A DNA stretch of 64,000 nucleotides from Octopus vulgaris (Eukaryota): positions 15,934,001 through 15,998,000 of the forward strand of contig OX597815.1 of the NCBI GenBank assembly GCA_951406725.2, written 5' to 3'. Under the pieces are notes generated by a model. That model ran no database searches, had not been told where the DNA came from, and was given only the letters and a program-made list of their open reading frames with translations. The position numbers were made by a program, and so were the translations under genes. Each line of letters opens with the position of its first letter. The stretch's first letter is position 1. This document shows, piece after piece, positions 25,301 to 40,300 of the stretch.

Positions 25301-28300
25301 GACTTTAATTGGGCAAAATTCTTCAAATACTTAGATTAAAACTGATTGAAAATAGTTATGGTTGGACAACTAGCTAGTTTTATAAAAGATTTTTTGTGTA
25401 CGTAATGTAATTTTATCAGAGCAAAATAAGAAACTTATAACAATAGTTCTAAGTGAAGCTTATTTGTGCAATTTTATATTTGAAATGGGGATGATTTCAT
25501 TGTTTTGCTTTGTGACTTTAAGGTTTTTTTTTTACCTGGTCATCTTAGTTTCTTAAATCCTTTACTGTAACATTGTAAACTGGAAAATAAGATAACTTCA
25601 TGACATTTCATTTATACCTCATTTAAAAAATTTTTTTATAATTGCTTTGTCTGATGGTTCATTTTTTTTTTTTAAGCCCTTTCGTTACTATATTCTAACA
25701 AAAATAGACACCCCATGTGTTTCAATTGAATTCTAAAAGTCATGAATTTAGACCAATTTGATAAACAGCTTTAACATTTCTATCTATTGACTTACAAACA
25801 TGATTTTTGGAGCACAAAAAGTTTTTTAAATCCATTATGTAATGTTTCTCTTTAAGTGAATCAGATTACAGGTAAATCCAGCAAATTGTAAAATTATGAA
25901 TTTTGTTTTTGAAGCTGAGTATACATTTCAATACAGAAGAATTGTGCATATAAAATTTTCAATTCAACTAAAAATATACATAAAACAGGTGTGCTATAAA
26001 GGTAAAAATACAAAATATTGGAACTTAGGACAAAAGGAAACTACAAGAATTATCCACACACATAGATGCGTACATACGCAATAATTATTCACAAATATAA
26101 ATTAATCGGGAGTAGTCACTCGCCTTACAAGTAAATAGAATGAATAAATACAACACTAAATTTGAAAAAGTATTTGATGAAACTCAAAATTAGATAAATA
26201 CAAATTATACAATACTCCTGTTATGGAAACTTACAATATATCCCACTCTGCATAATGCAACCTTGCAGAATGCACACTAAAACAGTTGTTTTCTAATGTT
26301 GGCATTCAGTGCACAGATTCTTTACAACAATCATTTTTTTTTTTTTTTAATGGAGATAGGCTGAATTCAGTGAGATGTACTTCTGGCAGGCTTTTGCTTT
26401 TTTCCCAACAGTTATTTTTTTTGATGGCTAGTTTATCTTTAATTGCATTGGTGCATCTACTTAGAATTGCAGATGGTCGAATTGCTTTTGATCCCTTCCT
26501 GGTTTGATATACAGTAAAAACACATTCACAATATTCTTGTTTACTATATACCAAACCATGTATCACCACCTAATCATTACCAACCAGGTAATGGCTCATC
26601 TGATTTGTTTGATCAGCTCCTCTCATATAACTATTGTATTTTAGGCTAATAACATCACTCATTCACTCTTATCATTTATGCATTTCTATTATCCATCATT
26701 CTCCCCCCCCCCCCTACACCTGGCTCTTTTATCTCTCCTGCTTCTATTCATCTTCTCAGCCACTTAACCTGGAGTGAGTGAAAGCATCATAGTGATAAGG
26801 GCACAATGCAATCTCACTAATGTTATGGACATGATCCTAGGGCAGTGTGAAGTTGTTAACCATAGAAAGGCCACCTAGTTGAGGGATACCAAGCCAAAAA
26901 TAAAATGTTCAAGTGAGGTACAGGCCTCTGACCCATCTTCAAGGGTAGTAACTCTGATATAAACTGACTTAGACAACCAATCTATGCAAGTATGGAAAAT
27001 AAACATATTCTGCTGGATTCCTTTCTTAGCCCAACCACTTTACAGAATACTAGGTGCTTTTTACATGGCACCATCACTGATGGTCACCAAATAACTTACA
27101 AGGGGTGAGGGAACCCACAATAGGGAGGGGAGAGTACTGTTGAGTGGGGTGGCTTTGTATCAGTTGATGAGATGTCGAAGGTATAGAGGGACAGAGATGT
27201 GTGTCTTCTTGTAGAGTAGATACATGGATACCCCAGTTGGAAGAGAAAGGAGAATGAGTTAGAGAGTAAGATAGGAATAGTTAGAAAGATGGTGATGAAG
27301 ATCTGTCGGGACATGTACTTGAAGAACTTCGTGGGTGATGAGAATGAGTGACACAGGTTTGGACTGGTTGAGTCAGCAGGATAGAGGTGACTAGCAAATG
27401 ATGGAGAGAAATATAGTAGGCTCAGGGTTGGTGGTTGCAGTAGTTATGTACATTTTACACATGATTGTGAGAGATTGTTCTCCTGTTGGAAAAGATGAAT
27501 AGGGTGTGGGTGCACCCAATCATATCTCTGAAATTAATCATATTTCACTGTTTCAATTAAATTCTAACATAGTGTAATAAGACCATTTTCAAGACAACCA
27601 TGATTTTTAGAACATAATTTAACAAAACATTCTTAACCAAATGTTTCATAAATGTCTCAAAGCGAATCTAATTACAGGTAAATTTAAAATTTAAATCGAA
27701 TTTATACACACACAAACACACAATATCCCTAAGATAATTGGATTTCTTTCTTCCAAGTATGTGGGAAACTTCAAACTATATTTTTTCCATCTATATCATC
27801 TACATAATGTTTTGCTTCCACAGTAATTGCTTCAAAGGCAAAAGTAAAAAAAAAAAATAATAAATAATCAAAAAGATAACTTTAACTTTCAGCCAGTATA
27901 GACCCAGGCCATGCCTAACTTAATAGCACCACCTGGTAAAGATAAACTATTAAAAAAATTTTACTATATTCAGGTACAATTTTTAAAATTTTTTCAATCA
28001 TTTTTGGAACTGTTGTCGGAATTGTTTTTCTTTCCAAAAAGAAATATCCGATTCATAATCACACATGGTTTTTATGTTATATTTTCTTAGACTTTCCTAT
28101 GTCTTCTTTTGCAAATACTTCAGATACAAACAAACTGCTTGACAACATGAAACTGGTGTCCAGTTTTCATTCATAGTGAAACATCCTAGAAAATCGAAGT
28201 AGAAAAAATTAAGAAGAAAACTACAAAAATTTTCAGGACTCGCATATAATGTGAAATAATTTTGGACACTGACTCATTTACATTGTGAAATCATGTTTTC

Positions 28301-31300
28301 ACAAATGTACTAACTGAAATTTTCATTTAAATATAACTAAGTTAGTTCAGCCATTATTGGTTGACTTGGCAACATTCACCAATAAAATTCTCAGCCATCC
28401 ATGGCTACCATAGTAACAAATGGGTTAATACTTCTGCTTAAATGCTGCATGTCTTCAGGCATATGCATAAATATTTCATTTAAATTTTGGAATAACTTAT
28501 AAGAAGCTACACTTGCTAATAAATTAGACATATTGATGGCTTTCTTCTTTCTATGCTAGCATGGATTGGATAAAGACATAATTGGGTCATTATTTTAGCT
28601 GCCAGCTTTTTTTTTTTTTAGTAAGGGGTTATTATTACATTAGACACTCAAGACAGAAAGCTGGCAGAATCTATAGGATACTGGACAAAATGTTTAGTAG
28701 CATTTTTGTTCATCTTTATGCTGTTCAAATACTACTGGTGATGCAGTTGGATTAACCTCCTCCCCCGAAATTGCTGAGCTTGTGCCAAAATTTGAACCCA
28801 TTGTTGCATTAGGCACTCAAGTACAGAGCATCTATACATCAGTTGGAGATGCATTTGCAAGAAGGTTATGTCACACCTCGTAATGTATGCAAAATTAAAT
28901 TGGGTACACTAACTTGACAATTCCAAAAGCAAAAAAATGCAAACAGCTATGGAAGCTTCACTAACAGCAAAATACAAATATAAATTAAACAGATACAGAT
29001 AAAATATCTTATTTCTTTATTGCCCATAAGGGGCTAAACATAGAGGGGACAAACAAGGACAGACAAAGGGATTACATCGACCCTGAAAGGATGAAAGGCA
29101 AAGTCGACCTTGGCGGAATTTGAACTCAGAATGTTACGGCCGATGAAATACCACTAACCATTTTGCCTGGCATGCTAACGTTTCTGCCAGTTCACCACCT
29201 TGATAAAATATCATCTTACCAACCATTTTTCTTTACATATATACATACATCTAACCCATACCAGCATAAAACCTGAAGCGATGAAGATAACACAACTTTG
29301 ATGATTCTATTCATTTTAGTTTTATTACACCTTCTTGAGTGAAGTAGTCTATACTCTAAAAGTAAGGCTTATTAGCTTTTTACATTTTGTATTGAAAGAA
29401 TAGTTAGGCATAGGAGGAATCAGATATGTGCTTGAGAGAAGACTAGTGGTTTGGTTGTGTGATGCACATGGATGAGTTACATAAGTTGTTCTAAGAAGAG
29501 TTAACTAGTTGTAAAAAACGGAATGAAATATGTGCAAATTCTGCTCTCATGATTACAGCAGCTGAGTAGGACTCAAGTTAGAAGCGTGACAGAGAAATGG
29601 ATGCTAGAAGCTGAGAGGCAGTGAGGGATTGGTAGGGACAGATTGGGAGCAGGAGCAAGGGATAGTCAGTGTATAAACATAATACTTTTTGGGTCTCACT
29701 TTTGCTGTGCTGGATGGGTCTTCTTGGGCACAGCAAATTGCCTATCATCTCGGTCCTTTGTCTCATATTTATCATCCTTCACTACTTAAATACACACTGA
29801 CATTGCACATCCAACAGCATTCTGTTCCTTTCTGCATTCAAGGGCCCATCTCCACAACTACATAATGTGTTCATATACAATCTGCATTTCATCAGAGAAA
29901 AAGACCTTTTGTAAAAGCTTCCTGAACTTTCCTCTCTGTTTTTATTCTAGAACATCCTCTGCTTATTAGATTACCTAGGTAATAGAAATTATCATCCTGG
30001 GAACATCCTGGGCATTCTGAAAATCTTCTTCACATCTGCCTCATAGTCTTCTTTCTCGTATCCTTTCTGCAATTCTACTGCTTTTCTTGGCTCCATTACA
30101 TGCACTGAATACACCATATGGAATTTCTTCCTATGCCTTTCCTACACATTGTTTAGGGTTCTTTTCTTGAAGGGAGTAGAGTCTTGTCTGTTTTCCTGCC
30201 AACTAGAATTTTGGTCTTTGCTATGTTAACTTCATAAGGCCCTTTGATTCCAGATTTTCTTCCATACCAGTTATTCCTTTTCTAATTCTACTATATTTCC
30301 CATTATGAAGTCATTAGCATATGGTTGTTACCAAAGGCAACTGGTCTTAAAGTTCTCTTTTATTGCCTTGTGGACCATGGTGAATAGGAGGTGGTTTCCT
30401 GACGAACTAAATTCATTCTACATTACTGACTAAAGCATCCCTGTACATGGCCTGCATGGCTCTACCATACCATTTATCTTAGTTCTGACTTCTTCAGTGA
30501 CCACCATATCACAGCTGATATGACCCTATTGATGATTTTCTCCAAGTCAGTGAATACCACATACACTGGCTTACTTAACTAAATACATCTGCAACTGTTT
30601 TACAAGAAAAGGGGGCATCAAGGGTGCTTCTGAACACAAGACCATAATGCATCTCATTCATTCTGATCTATAAATCTACAACTTCCATCTACTGAATTAT
30701 CAGGATGGGAACTTCTTGATTCATACTATGTATAAGATGATTGGGAAAACTCTGCCACAATAACTTTCTGACAGGATTGGCTGAGAGCTATTTGCTTAAT
30801 TATGTGTACAAACCAATATGTAGTGATGAAACAGTTCCTCTAGCCATTCAAAACAATCATAACCTTTGAATAAAATTATGTAAGAATGTAATTCTTTTTA
30901 GTCTGATTGTTATCATACTCTTATAATTAATGGGATTGATTGGTGAATCTTGCTGAACTGAGTTTGTGTAGAATTACCCATCTTCTTCACTTGACAGGCC
31001 TTTATCACTATACACATACCACGTGTGGTTAAAAAGTTCATTTGCCAATCACATGACTTCAGGTTTAGTGGTGCCTTAGGTGATAGTCCGAGGTCATTGT
31101 CTGCAAGTGTTTGTGTACTTGGAAATTAGTAAAAGGTTGGCAATGGGAACAGCATGAAGCCATAGAAAACTTGTCTATGCAAGCATGGGAAAATGGACAT
31201 TAAAATGATGTTTGTGTGTATGTCTACTTAAAATCATATTCACACATACACAACTTTATGTCAGCTTTCTTTGTTGGGATGGGTTGAACTGATGTTGGTA

Positions 31301-34300
31301 CACTTCATGATGAGCTAGTTTACCACATCCTATTCACAAGTTTTATTTAATGACTTGATTTGTAGATGCTCTTCCAAACACCAATTTACAGAGCAGGTAC
31401 ATTTTATGTGATGCCAACATTGAGTAAATTGTTTTCAATAAAACTGAAGAGTCTTCTCGTCTCCATACTAAACACAATTGAGTGAACATATGAATGGACA
31501 GCAAGGGATGGATAAATGGTGAGGTTGAATAATGGATGTTGATAGCAATTGGGCAGTGGAGTTGTATAGGTAGGATATCTATTGTGAATCATGTTGAAGA
31601 GACTACTGATGATTCAAGATAGATAAGACTGCTAGAGTGACATGGATAACAGGTGCCTAGTATATTGATGTGAGTCAGGGAGATGCAGTAGCATCCTTAT
31701 TTATTCTGGGAGCACTCTGTACAATGAAAAGAGATGCAGTGCCATTGTTAGTCACTCTGGCAGCATGGTGGTAGAACAATGTGATTGAGAAGTGTAGGGA
31801 GTAATTGAGAAATGAACATAAGGGATAAAAGGCATTGATAGTTTGAGGGACATGGAGGTGGATATAGATAACCTGTATTTGAGGGATGTGATACTATCAA
31901 AGAAGCTGGTGATGTAGACTCATAGCAGTTAGGACGTGGATGTATAAAATGATGCCATACATACACAGTATATCACCAATCAGCAATGCCTTGTCAATTT
32001 TCCCACGAGAGGCAACAAGTTCAGATTTCGTTTTGTATTCATGCATGTACATACATATCTGATTTTGTGTGTGTGAAAGTTGTGCATATATATATATATC
32101 AGTTAATTTACATATGCATATAAGCTTTTGAGTTCGTTTGCAAGGCATTTTGGGAATGTAATGCAATTCATAAGTGTGTATAGCACGCAGGTAAACATGT
32201 ATATATGTTTGAAGAATTTTGTCTATTGGAAAAGGCAAACTCTGTGCTAGCTATTTTTCCAAGCATTTTATGCGGTGTCCCAGAGGCCACCTAGTGATTT
32301 TGAAATCTTTGAAAATTCAAACACTTGAAATATATTCTCATTTAATTGTGAAATATACAACATAAATGTCCTGCATTTACTACATAACATAGAATATCTC
32401 TGTTAATATCATTCACCATAACAGTAGTTCATTAAATTTGGCTGGTGAATTTCTGCACAGATATTATCCTTGAGTTGTAGAATTGCCTGGGGTTAATTGA
32501 TACGAACACAGACTCCTTGAAATATGAAAGAAGAAAATTGGGGATGGGGGTCAGATCAGAAGACGTGTCCATAAAATCTGAGGATTTAAAAAAAATTATT
32601 TTATAAAAAATTTGCTTTAGAAACTCCATCATTGTCCAGGTCATGTGAGCAGTGACTCTAGCTTGTTGAAAGCACATTTCTGGTTTGTTCTGCTCTGCTA
32701 GTAACAAAAAAGACTTGATCATGGAACCAAAAGTGCTCAATAGTTATTTTTCTTGTATTGTCATTTTCATCTTCAAAAAGTTATGGTCCAATGTTTTTTG
32801 AAGTTGTGCTACACCAGTCTGTGCATTTGAAAGGATGCAAATCATGCTGATGGGTATTTTTAGAAGTTCGCTAATCCTATGTCCCATTGTTCTGCCTTTT
32901 AAAAGAGCAAATGGAAATGAACCTTATCACTTATCAGCTTCTGAACAAATTAATCATTAGCCAGCCTCTCAATTTGGATTGTAATTTAAGCATTGTTGAT
33001 CTGTCATTTACAATTTCTGTACCAATTATACTTTATCGGAAGCAGTACAAATCATCTCTCAAAATGCGATGTTGTGGCATCCACGCTATCCTCAACCGGT
33101 CAGAGCATTTGCTAAAAGATGTTTCTGGTTCTTCAACAGTCTTACATGTTTATGATTTATCTGTGAACCTACTGTACATGGTCTTGTACATCATAGCAAG
33201 TAACTGAGCCATATTGCCTAAAATGTTGATTCAACTGACAAATCAGATCTTATGGTTTTTGACATTGAAGTGTCTGCAATATTCTTTTGAGTGTGAATGG
33301 TAGACTGGTTAAACTCAAAATTCCATGATTTTGGTTTTTTTTGTTTAGTTTTCTCATGTTTTGAAAAAGAAATGAGTATGAAAAGTTCTGAGATGTCTTG
33401 ACATTTTCAAAGACCTTGATGACTTTTCGGTCATTTGTACATTCCTAAATGGTGGAATAAAATTTTACTATTAATAATAGGACAGCTGTATTAAAAAAAA
33501 GTTTCACTTAAATTGGGTGGATATTGCATAAGACAAGCTCCAGACAGGAAGACCTGGAATGAAGTGATAAAGACTGGCCTCAGAACCTAGAACTTCTCTG
33601 AGGTGATGACAGGATGAGGATGACTAATGTGCAAATCTCATAGCCTGTTCACTTTGGCAAAGCCCAATTCTGGTAGAACTGTGTGTGTGTGTGCACACAC
33701 ACACAAAATGGAGACCTCTGTCCCATTTTCTTTCATTCTAGAATCATTTCGCTAGTTATCTATTAATACTGTTCACTTGCACTTTCATTGGCCACCTCCA
33801 ACTGAGCCACCAAATTTTCTTTCTTCCCCTACCCCCGTCCCACTCATTCCTATCACCCTAACTTTTTATTAACTAAATTTCTTTTTCATTCTTTCCAACT
33901 CCATTTCACCACTTCCGCCCTCTCTTCAAAAATGCATATAATGTAGCACCTGTTCTGCTCTGGCCCCTTCTCTCCCCTTTCTGACCACTCACCTAGTATA
34001 AAGTTACCTCATTGGGGTTCATGGTTTTGTAAACTACTTTGTTGTCTCACTAGTGCTGGTAACATGAAAAAAAATTATCTAGTACATACTGTAAGGTGGA
34101 TAGCATTAGGAAGGGCGTCCGGCTGTAGAAACCAAGCTGATGCTGAAGTACAATGTACTCCTTGCTCATCCGATCCTGTCAGACTGTTCAACCCATGAAA
34201 GTTAAATGATGAAAGCCATGATATATCAAAAGTTGTGGCTGATTATTGTATTTATATTAGTGACTACCATGTGCATTTTCTTGGTGTGTTATGTTAAGAT

Positions 34301-37300
34301 TGTCTTGACTGGAGAGGATCAGTATTTGGACTAGGTGAAGAAAGTTTCTATAGAAGCTTTATTACCATTTATTATAATTATTAGTTCAACTGAATAACTA
34401 GCTTCGTCACAAATTTTCATGAGATAGATTTTTATAATTAAAGTATTTTTCTTGAATCAGCAAATTTAGCATTACATAATCATTAGTGTTTTCATGAACA
34501 GCTACTTGTAATAGATTTAAAATAATTCTTGTTTACATATTTTTTTTAATTATTACTTGAAAGGCAATTGATTAAATTGCTTTCAAAAATTTTCTTTCAG
34601 GTGAACCCGATGTAAAGAAGACACCTGCTGCGATAAATGATCGTAAGTTATTAGTTGCACAGTAGTTATTTCTTTGCATTTTCCATCAGCCACTAAGTAT
34701 TGCATAGGTTAATTTTTGAGAAAATATAGTTAATCATATTGTGGTGTTGTGGACCATCAGACATTGTAGTTTATATTAAGGTTTTTTTTAAAACTACACC
34801 CCCACCCTTTCCTTATAGAACCTATTATGCCTATTAAATAGGTGCAATGTTTTATTTTGAAGTGTTGCCATTTTAATTGTATTTTTATTTGCAGGTTTTT
34901 CTGATACTGTATTTCAACTTTTATTCTGTATTATATTTTACATTTGAGGAAGTATTTTAAAGAAATCATTTAACATCTTTTAATATGCAATTAAGATATT
35001 TACTAAGAAATTTTGAATTAGGCTGGTTTGACATTTGTACATTATTTTTGCAAATTTATTTAGTTGCACTTTAAAGCACTTCATATTTTTATCTTTACAT
35101 CTTCTTGTTTAGAATTAACTGTTCTGTATTGATTTCATTACTGCTTTTTTTCATTTACTTTTTATTTATGGAATTAGTCCTTAAATAATTTGTTATTCTA
35201 TTTATATTGAAATACACTGCTTTTGCTTTAATTCATTTTGAAAATAATTTAGTAAAATAACTTTGTGATTACTAAACTGGTGTGTTGAACAAATTAGCAT
35301 GAAATTTTGACATAAAGTTTTAATTTAGAATGGCTTTTAAACACGAGACGGTTTGTATCATAGAACCAGGGCCAGTCTGAGTAAGGTTGGTATCAGAAGG
35401 GTTAAACTATTAGATAACTATATAAATTATCTGCCAATTAGTGGTTTTTGCTTTTGACACCTGCAACTTAGAATTAGCTTATAATGCTTTCACAACACTT
35501 CAAATGTTCAATTACAAGCTGCGCTTTACCTATTAAATTATTTAGATATCTTCATTCCTTCAAGTTTTAATACCACCAAGTTGTACTGGTTCTTCATTGA
35601 TTTACCTGAAATATTTCTTAGTGTCTTGGTTTTATTTTGTATTAACACATTGTCATTAAGTCATATACATTTGCATTCAACATACAAATAGTTTGAATAA
35701 ATTTTTGTCATCTATTAATCTGTTAATGAAATTCAGAATTTTGATCAGTCTACCTTAGTGGTTTTTATGGGGCTTCTTTGTTACTTACTAATAAATTTTG
35801 AATTCACTCATTCATGAACTATGGTGGTGGTAGTGACTGGAGGTTTCAAGTCTCGTATCTTTCAAAATTATGGTTTTTAATATTCTTATCCAGATTTATT
35901 ATTTATAATCAGTGTCACTTCACTGTGAACAATGCAAGTTTATTTTTTTATGTTTATAATTTTAAAATTATATATTGTTGGTTTAATTCTTTGGCTCCTT
36001 GTCATGTAAGATATTGATGCAATCAGCAAAGCGTTGGAAAATTTTTAATGAGATAACTGAATTGACAGACTTATTCTTAGTGGACTGATGAATTCAATTT
36101 ACATAAATATTGTAATTGTGTCTAACTTCTTTTTTGAAACTTTAACTCTTCCTTTTCTGATTGCAGCAATTGGTGCTCAGTTGCGTGCTATGGCTGAACA
36201 ACAGAGGTAAGATTTTTTTGTTTATTACATACCTTAATTAAAAAAATTTTTGGACAATTATTCCATACCCTAACCAATTGCATGTAAATGAAACTTCTCT
36301 CAGTTCAGTGATATAGAGGCTAGCAAAATCATTGCCTTGTATTGATAGGAAAAAAACAAACATAAGGTTGAACCCACAACTAGTTCTTCTGTTATTGTAA
36401 CTTTTGCTTTATTGGTTCTTGTCTGAATGTTTTTGTTTTCTAGATCTAACCAAGCAACACAAGCAGCTCAAGCAGCACAGGAAGCAGCTGCTCGTATTAA
36501 TCAACAGTTAGGTGTTTCTAATCCAAATTTGCAAAAGTCCTCTCCTGTCACAAGCCCAGGCCCACATTCATCAATGGAAATGGTTGCTTCTGAAGAATAT
36601 AAAGTGCCTGATAAACTTGTTGGATTGAGTAAGTACATTTAAAGTCTTATTTTTTAAAGCACGTATTGGGATTGTTCGAATGCTATAAAAAAAATTTTTT
36701 TTTTTTAATAATAAATTGTATTTCAGTGAATGGATTTCTCAACTGTACATTATAATTTATATTGGATTACTGTGTTAAGCTTTCAGCCAGTTGAATTCAA
36801 GACGAACAGTTGCAGATTTCTCAGTTTTGTTTTACGATGATAATCTTTAAGAATGTTTAGAATGAAGTAAACAACCCGATTTTATTTTGAGTCAGAATTA
36901 TTTCCTTGAGTTTGTGAACACTAATTTCATAACTTCATTTTTCTTTCCTCTCATCTCTTTTTCTGTTTGCTGCAACTAACTATCCTGATGTCCTGCACAG
37001 ACAATCTTTCTATAATATATGCAATGATGCTTTCAATTATGTGTTGTATTGTTAATTTCCCTAGTAGTCTCTCAACATTTTTTATATTTCAGTTTATAGA
37101 TGGTGATACCAAAACCATCCTAAATATTTTGCATTAATTTATACTTAATCCTTAAAAAAAAAAAATTATGTACTCAGCTATAAAGAGACATATCTTCCAA
37201 CTGTTTCATTAATTTATCTATTCAGTTGCAGTTACTGATATTTATGACATATAGCAATATAAATTTAATAGATCATTATGCTCACAAATTTTAAGAGTTA

Positions 37301-40300
37301 ATTACACGATAAAAAAACCAATTTTTTAAAGTGACTGGTTCAACAATATAGTTTGGGAATAGTAATTGATGGCAATCATCCTTTCCACATGCTGAATCTC
37401 ATTTAAGTTTCTTTTAAATTAACAACTGGTTTATTGCTTTATTTCTAGATTCTTCACGTTTGAAAATATGTATTGACATGTTTAAATCTGTGTAAATTTT
37501 ACCTTTTTTTTTTTAAACTTTGGCTAGTTTAGCAGTAAAAATTTTTTAAAATATTTTTTATGTGGTTAATTTTATGAACTCAAAAAAGATCTCATTACAC
37601 ATTGTAAATTTAGTAGCTTTCAACTCATTATTGAGTTAAAATATTGAATTTTCTTGGATATTCTCAAAACTCGAGCATATTTAATATGAAATTCTATATA
37701 AATATTTCTTGATTATGTAAACTGTTTACATAATCTGAAAGCAATATTAAAAATACTACTGAAATTAGTTGATATTTTGTTGAATTCATACTTAGAATAG
37801 ATTTTTAGACTTTGCTACTAAATGTAGCAAGTGTGATACACGTTGCTTAGATTCAAGCAAAATAAACTTTTTTGTGGAAAGACTGGAAATCTTCATTCTT
37901 TTCATGTGTATGTTTTTCATATCAAACACCTGATGTGCATTTTAATATTTTAAAAATTGTACTCAGCTACATCTGTATAACTTCTCTAACCAATTGTGAT
38001 TAAATGAAATTTAGGATATGGACAAGGCCATTTATTGCAGTATAAAGTACTTGAATTAATGGCAGTGTAGTTGGTGTTACACTGACACACATAATTTCAT
38101 TTTATTTCACTCCACATTTTCAACATAATTTCTGATACAGAACTTTATGCTAAAGTAAATACTATTTATGAAACCATTGATATAGCCAGTAATAAAAATA
38201 ATTTACAAGTTAAATTTAAACAACTTTATTTTTTGAAGCAGAACTTTTGTGTCTTTCTATTTAGGCTTTTTGTATTTCATATTTTGAGACTAACTGAAAT
38301 GATTGTGGGGTTAAGGAAATTTGCCAACAAAATACAGCTTCATAATAGACAGAAGAAAGTGGCTGTAGCAAAGAAACTCATAATGGGGGTTTTATCAACG
38401 AGAATATTTATAGTGGTTTTTCTTTCTCTTGTGTGTAAAAATGTAAAGTCTAGGTGCATTAGGATGTCAGATGAAACAATGAGGAGAAAGTAGAGGGCTG
38501 GGCAGTTATGTCAAGTTAGGATAACTGGTATCATATATATATATATAGGCTTATATTTTAGTCATAGGCTTCATCATGAGAGCTAATGATGTCTTTCCCT
38601 CAACATATAGTTATTTCTAATTAGATTTTTGATGTTCACTGCATTAACAATTTTGACAGACTTGAGTCTCTCATGAAGATAGCCCCCCCCTTTTTTTTTT
38701 TTTGTCATTAAAGTTCTTTGGGACCAATTATTTTGCTAAGCAGTATGTGCAGTTGTAACAGTAGCACCATTGGCATCATAGCTATATCTGATATGCAAGA
38801 GAGTGGAGTTTTAGGGGTGTTAGTAATAGTTACGGAAACTTGGGTGGATGATGGTATACAGTTTTGATTTATAGCAGATTATATTTTACAATTCTTATTA
38901 GGCACGTGTAAAAAAATTTTTTCTTCTTTTATCTTTTTTTTTTCCCCACACACACCAGGAGGGGCTGTTAACCTCTACGAAAATGAGTTCTTTATTAGCT
39001 GGCTTGGTTTAACCTGCTTGATCTATCTAGGAACTTCTGAATGGGTTTAACTCCTAACTTTGTATGACTACCTCATGGGACTGCACCAGTCAGCCTGTTC
39101 TGGAATGTATAATGCTTAATAAACCTTGTTCACACCTTTTGAAGGAAGTGAAGAACTCAAATGGAAGGGAGAAAACTAATTTATTTCTGTAAGAAGAATC
39201 ATTACAGGATAGTACTTGTACTGCTGTAATTAAAACCACCACAAAATATCAACACTGCTGGTAGTGTGAAGCTATCTTTTATACAAGTGATGATGAAATT
39301 AGTTTTGTTGTAAAGATTAGTCAGGTAGTAGGCATTTCCATATGAAGAGGTTTGGTACCAGTTTTGAATGCCTATAGGAAGAAATGAGAATTTCTGAATG
39401 TTTGCGACAGTGAACTTTGTTAAAAGCACACAACGACCAAGTGTTGGTATTAAATTAGGCAGTGTGGTTGGTTGTCAACTACAAACTGCAGGAGCAGTCT
39501 GCTCTTTTTACAGAAAATACATTTTGCTGTATATAATAAGTAGAAGGGAATAAGGTAGATGTAGTCTGTTGTGTATACAGCATAAATTTCAGAAACAGCA
39601 CGGTTGAAAATGCAAACTGCTTCACTTTTAATATGCAAGACAAGTGACCATCCTGGAGTAGATATATAATACTAATATGCGTCACTAAAGAAATGGCAAA
39701 GATATACACAACATACACCAGTGCAAAGTTGTGAATGCTTAACTGATGATTATGGTAATGGATGATAAAGAAATATTAAGCAATTGTAAATTTATATCAA
39801 GTTTTATAATTGATTTTCTATATATTGTTCAGTTTATCATAGTTCTTTTTCAGTTTTTGATTTTTCCCTTAATGGTTCTCTATATCATTAACCCACATCT
39901 TACATCCTAATCTATTTATTATGCTACCATGAGTATAGAAATTACTGTATTTGCTCTTGGATCAGTGTTTCTGTAGCTGAGGACTACTTAATCTTCTTTT
40001 AATGACTACCAGAAAACAATATATTGTGTTTGCTATGCCTTTTCTTAGCATTTGTCATCATTGGAAAGATGTGTATTTACATTTTGAAAATATACATTTC
40101 TCAATTTACAAAATCGTTTGTGGTTAACTCCAGTTTCATTTTAAAGTAAGTGTAGCGTGCTCTTAAATTTGATGCATGCCTCTACATTTGTTCATAGTTT
40201 GTTATATAGTTATTGACTAATAGTAGCATTTAAGATTGGGGTGGGGTGAAACAAATCTGATTTTTGTAAAAGTATTCCTTCATACAGAAAAGATGAGAGG

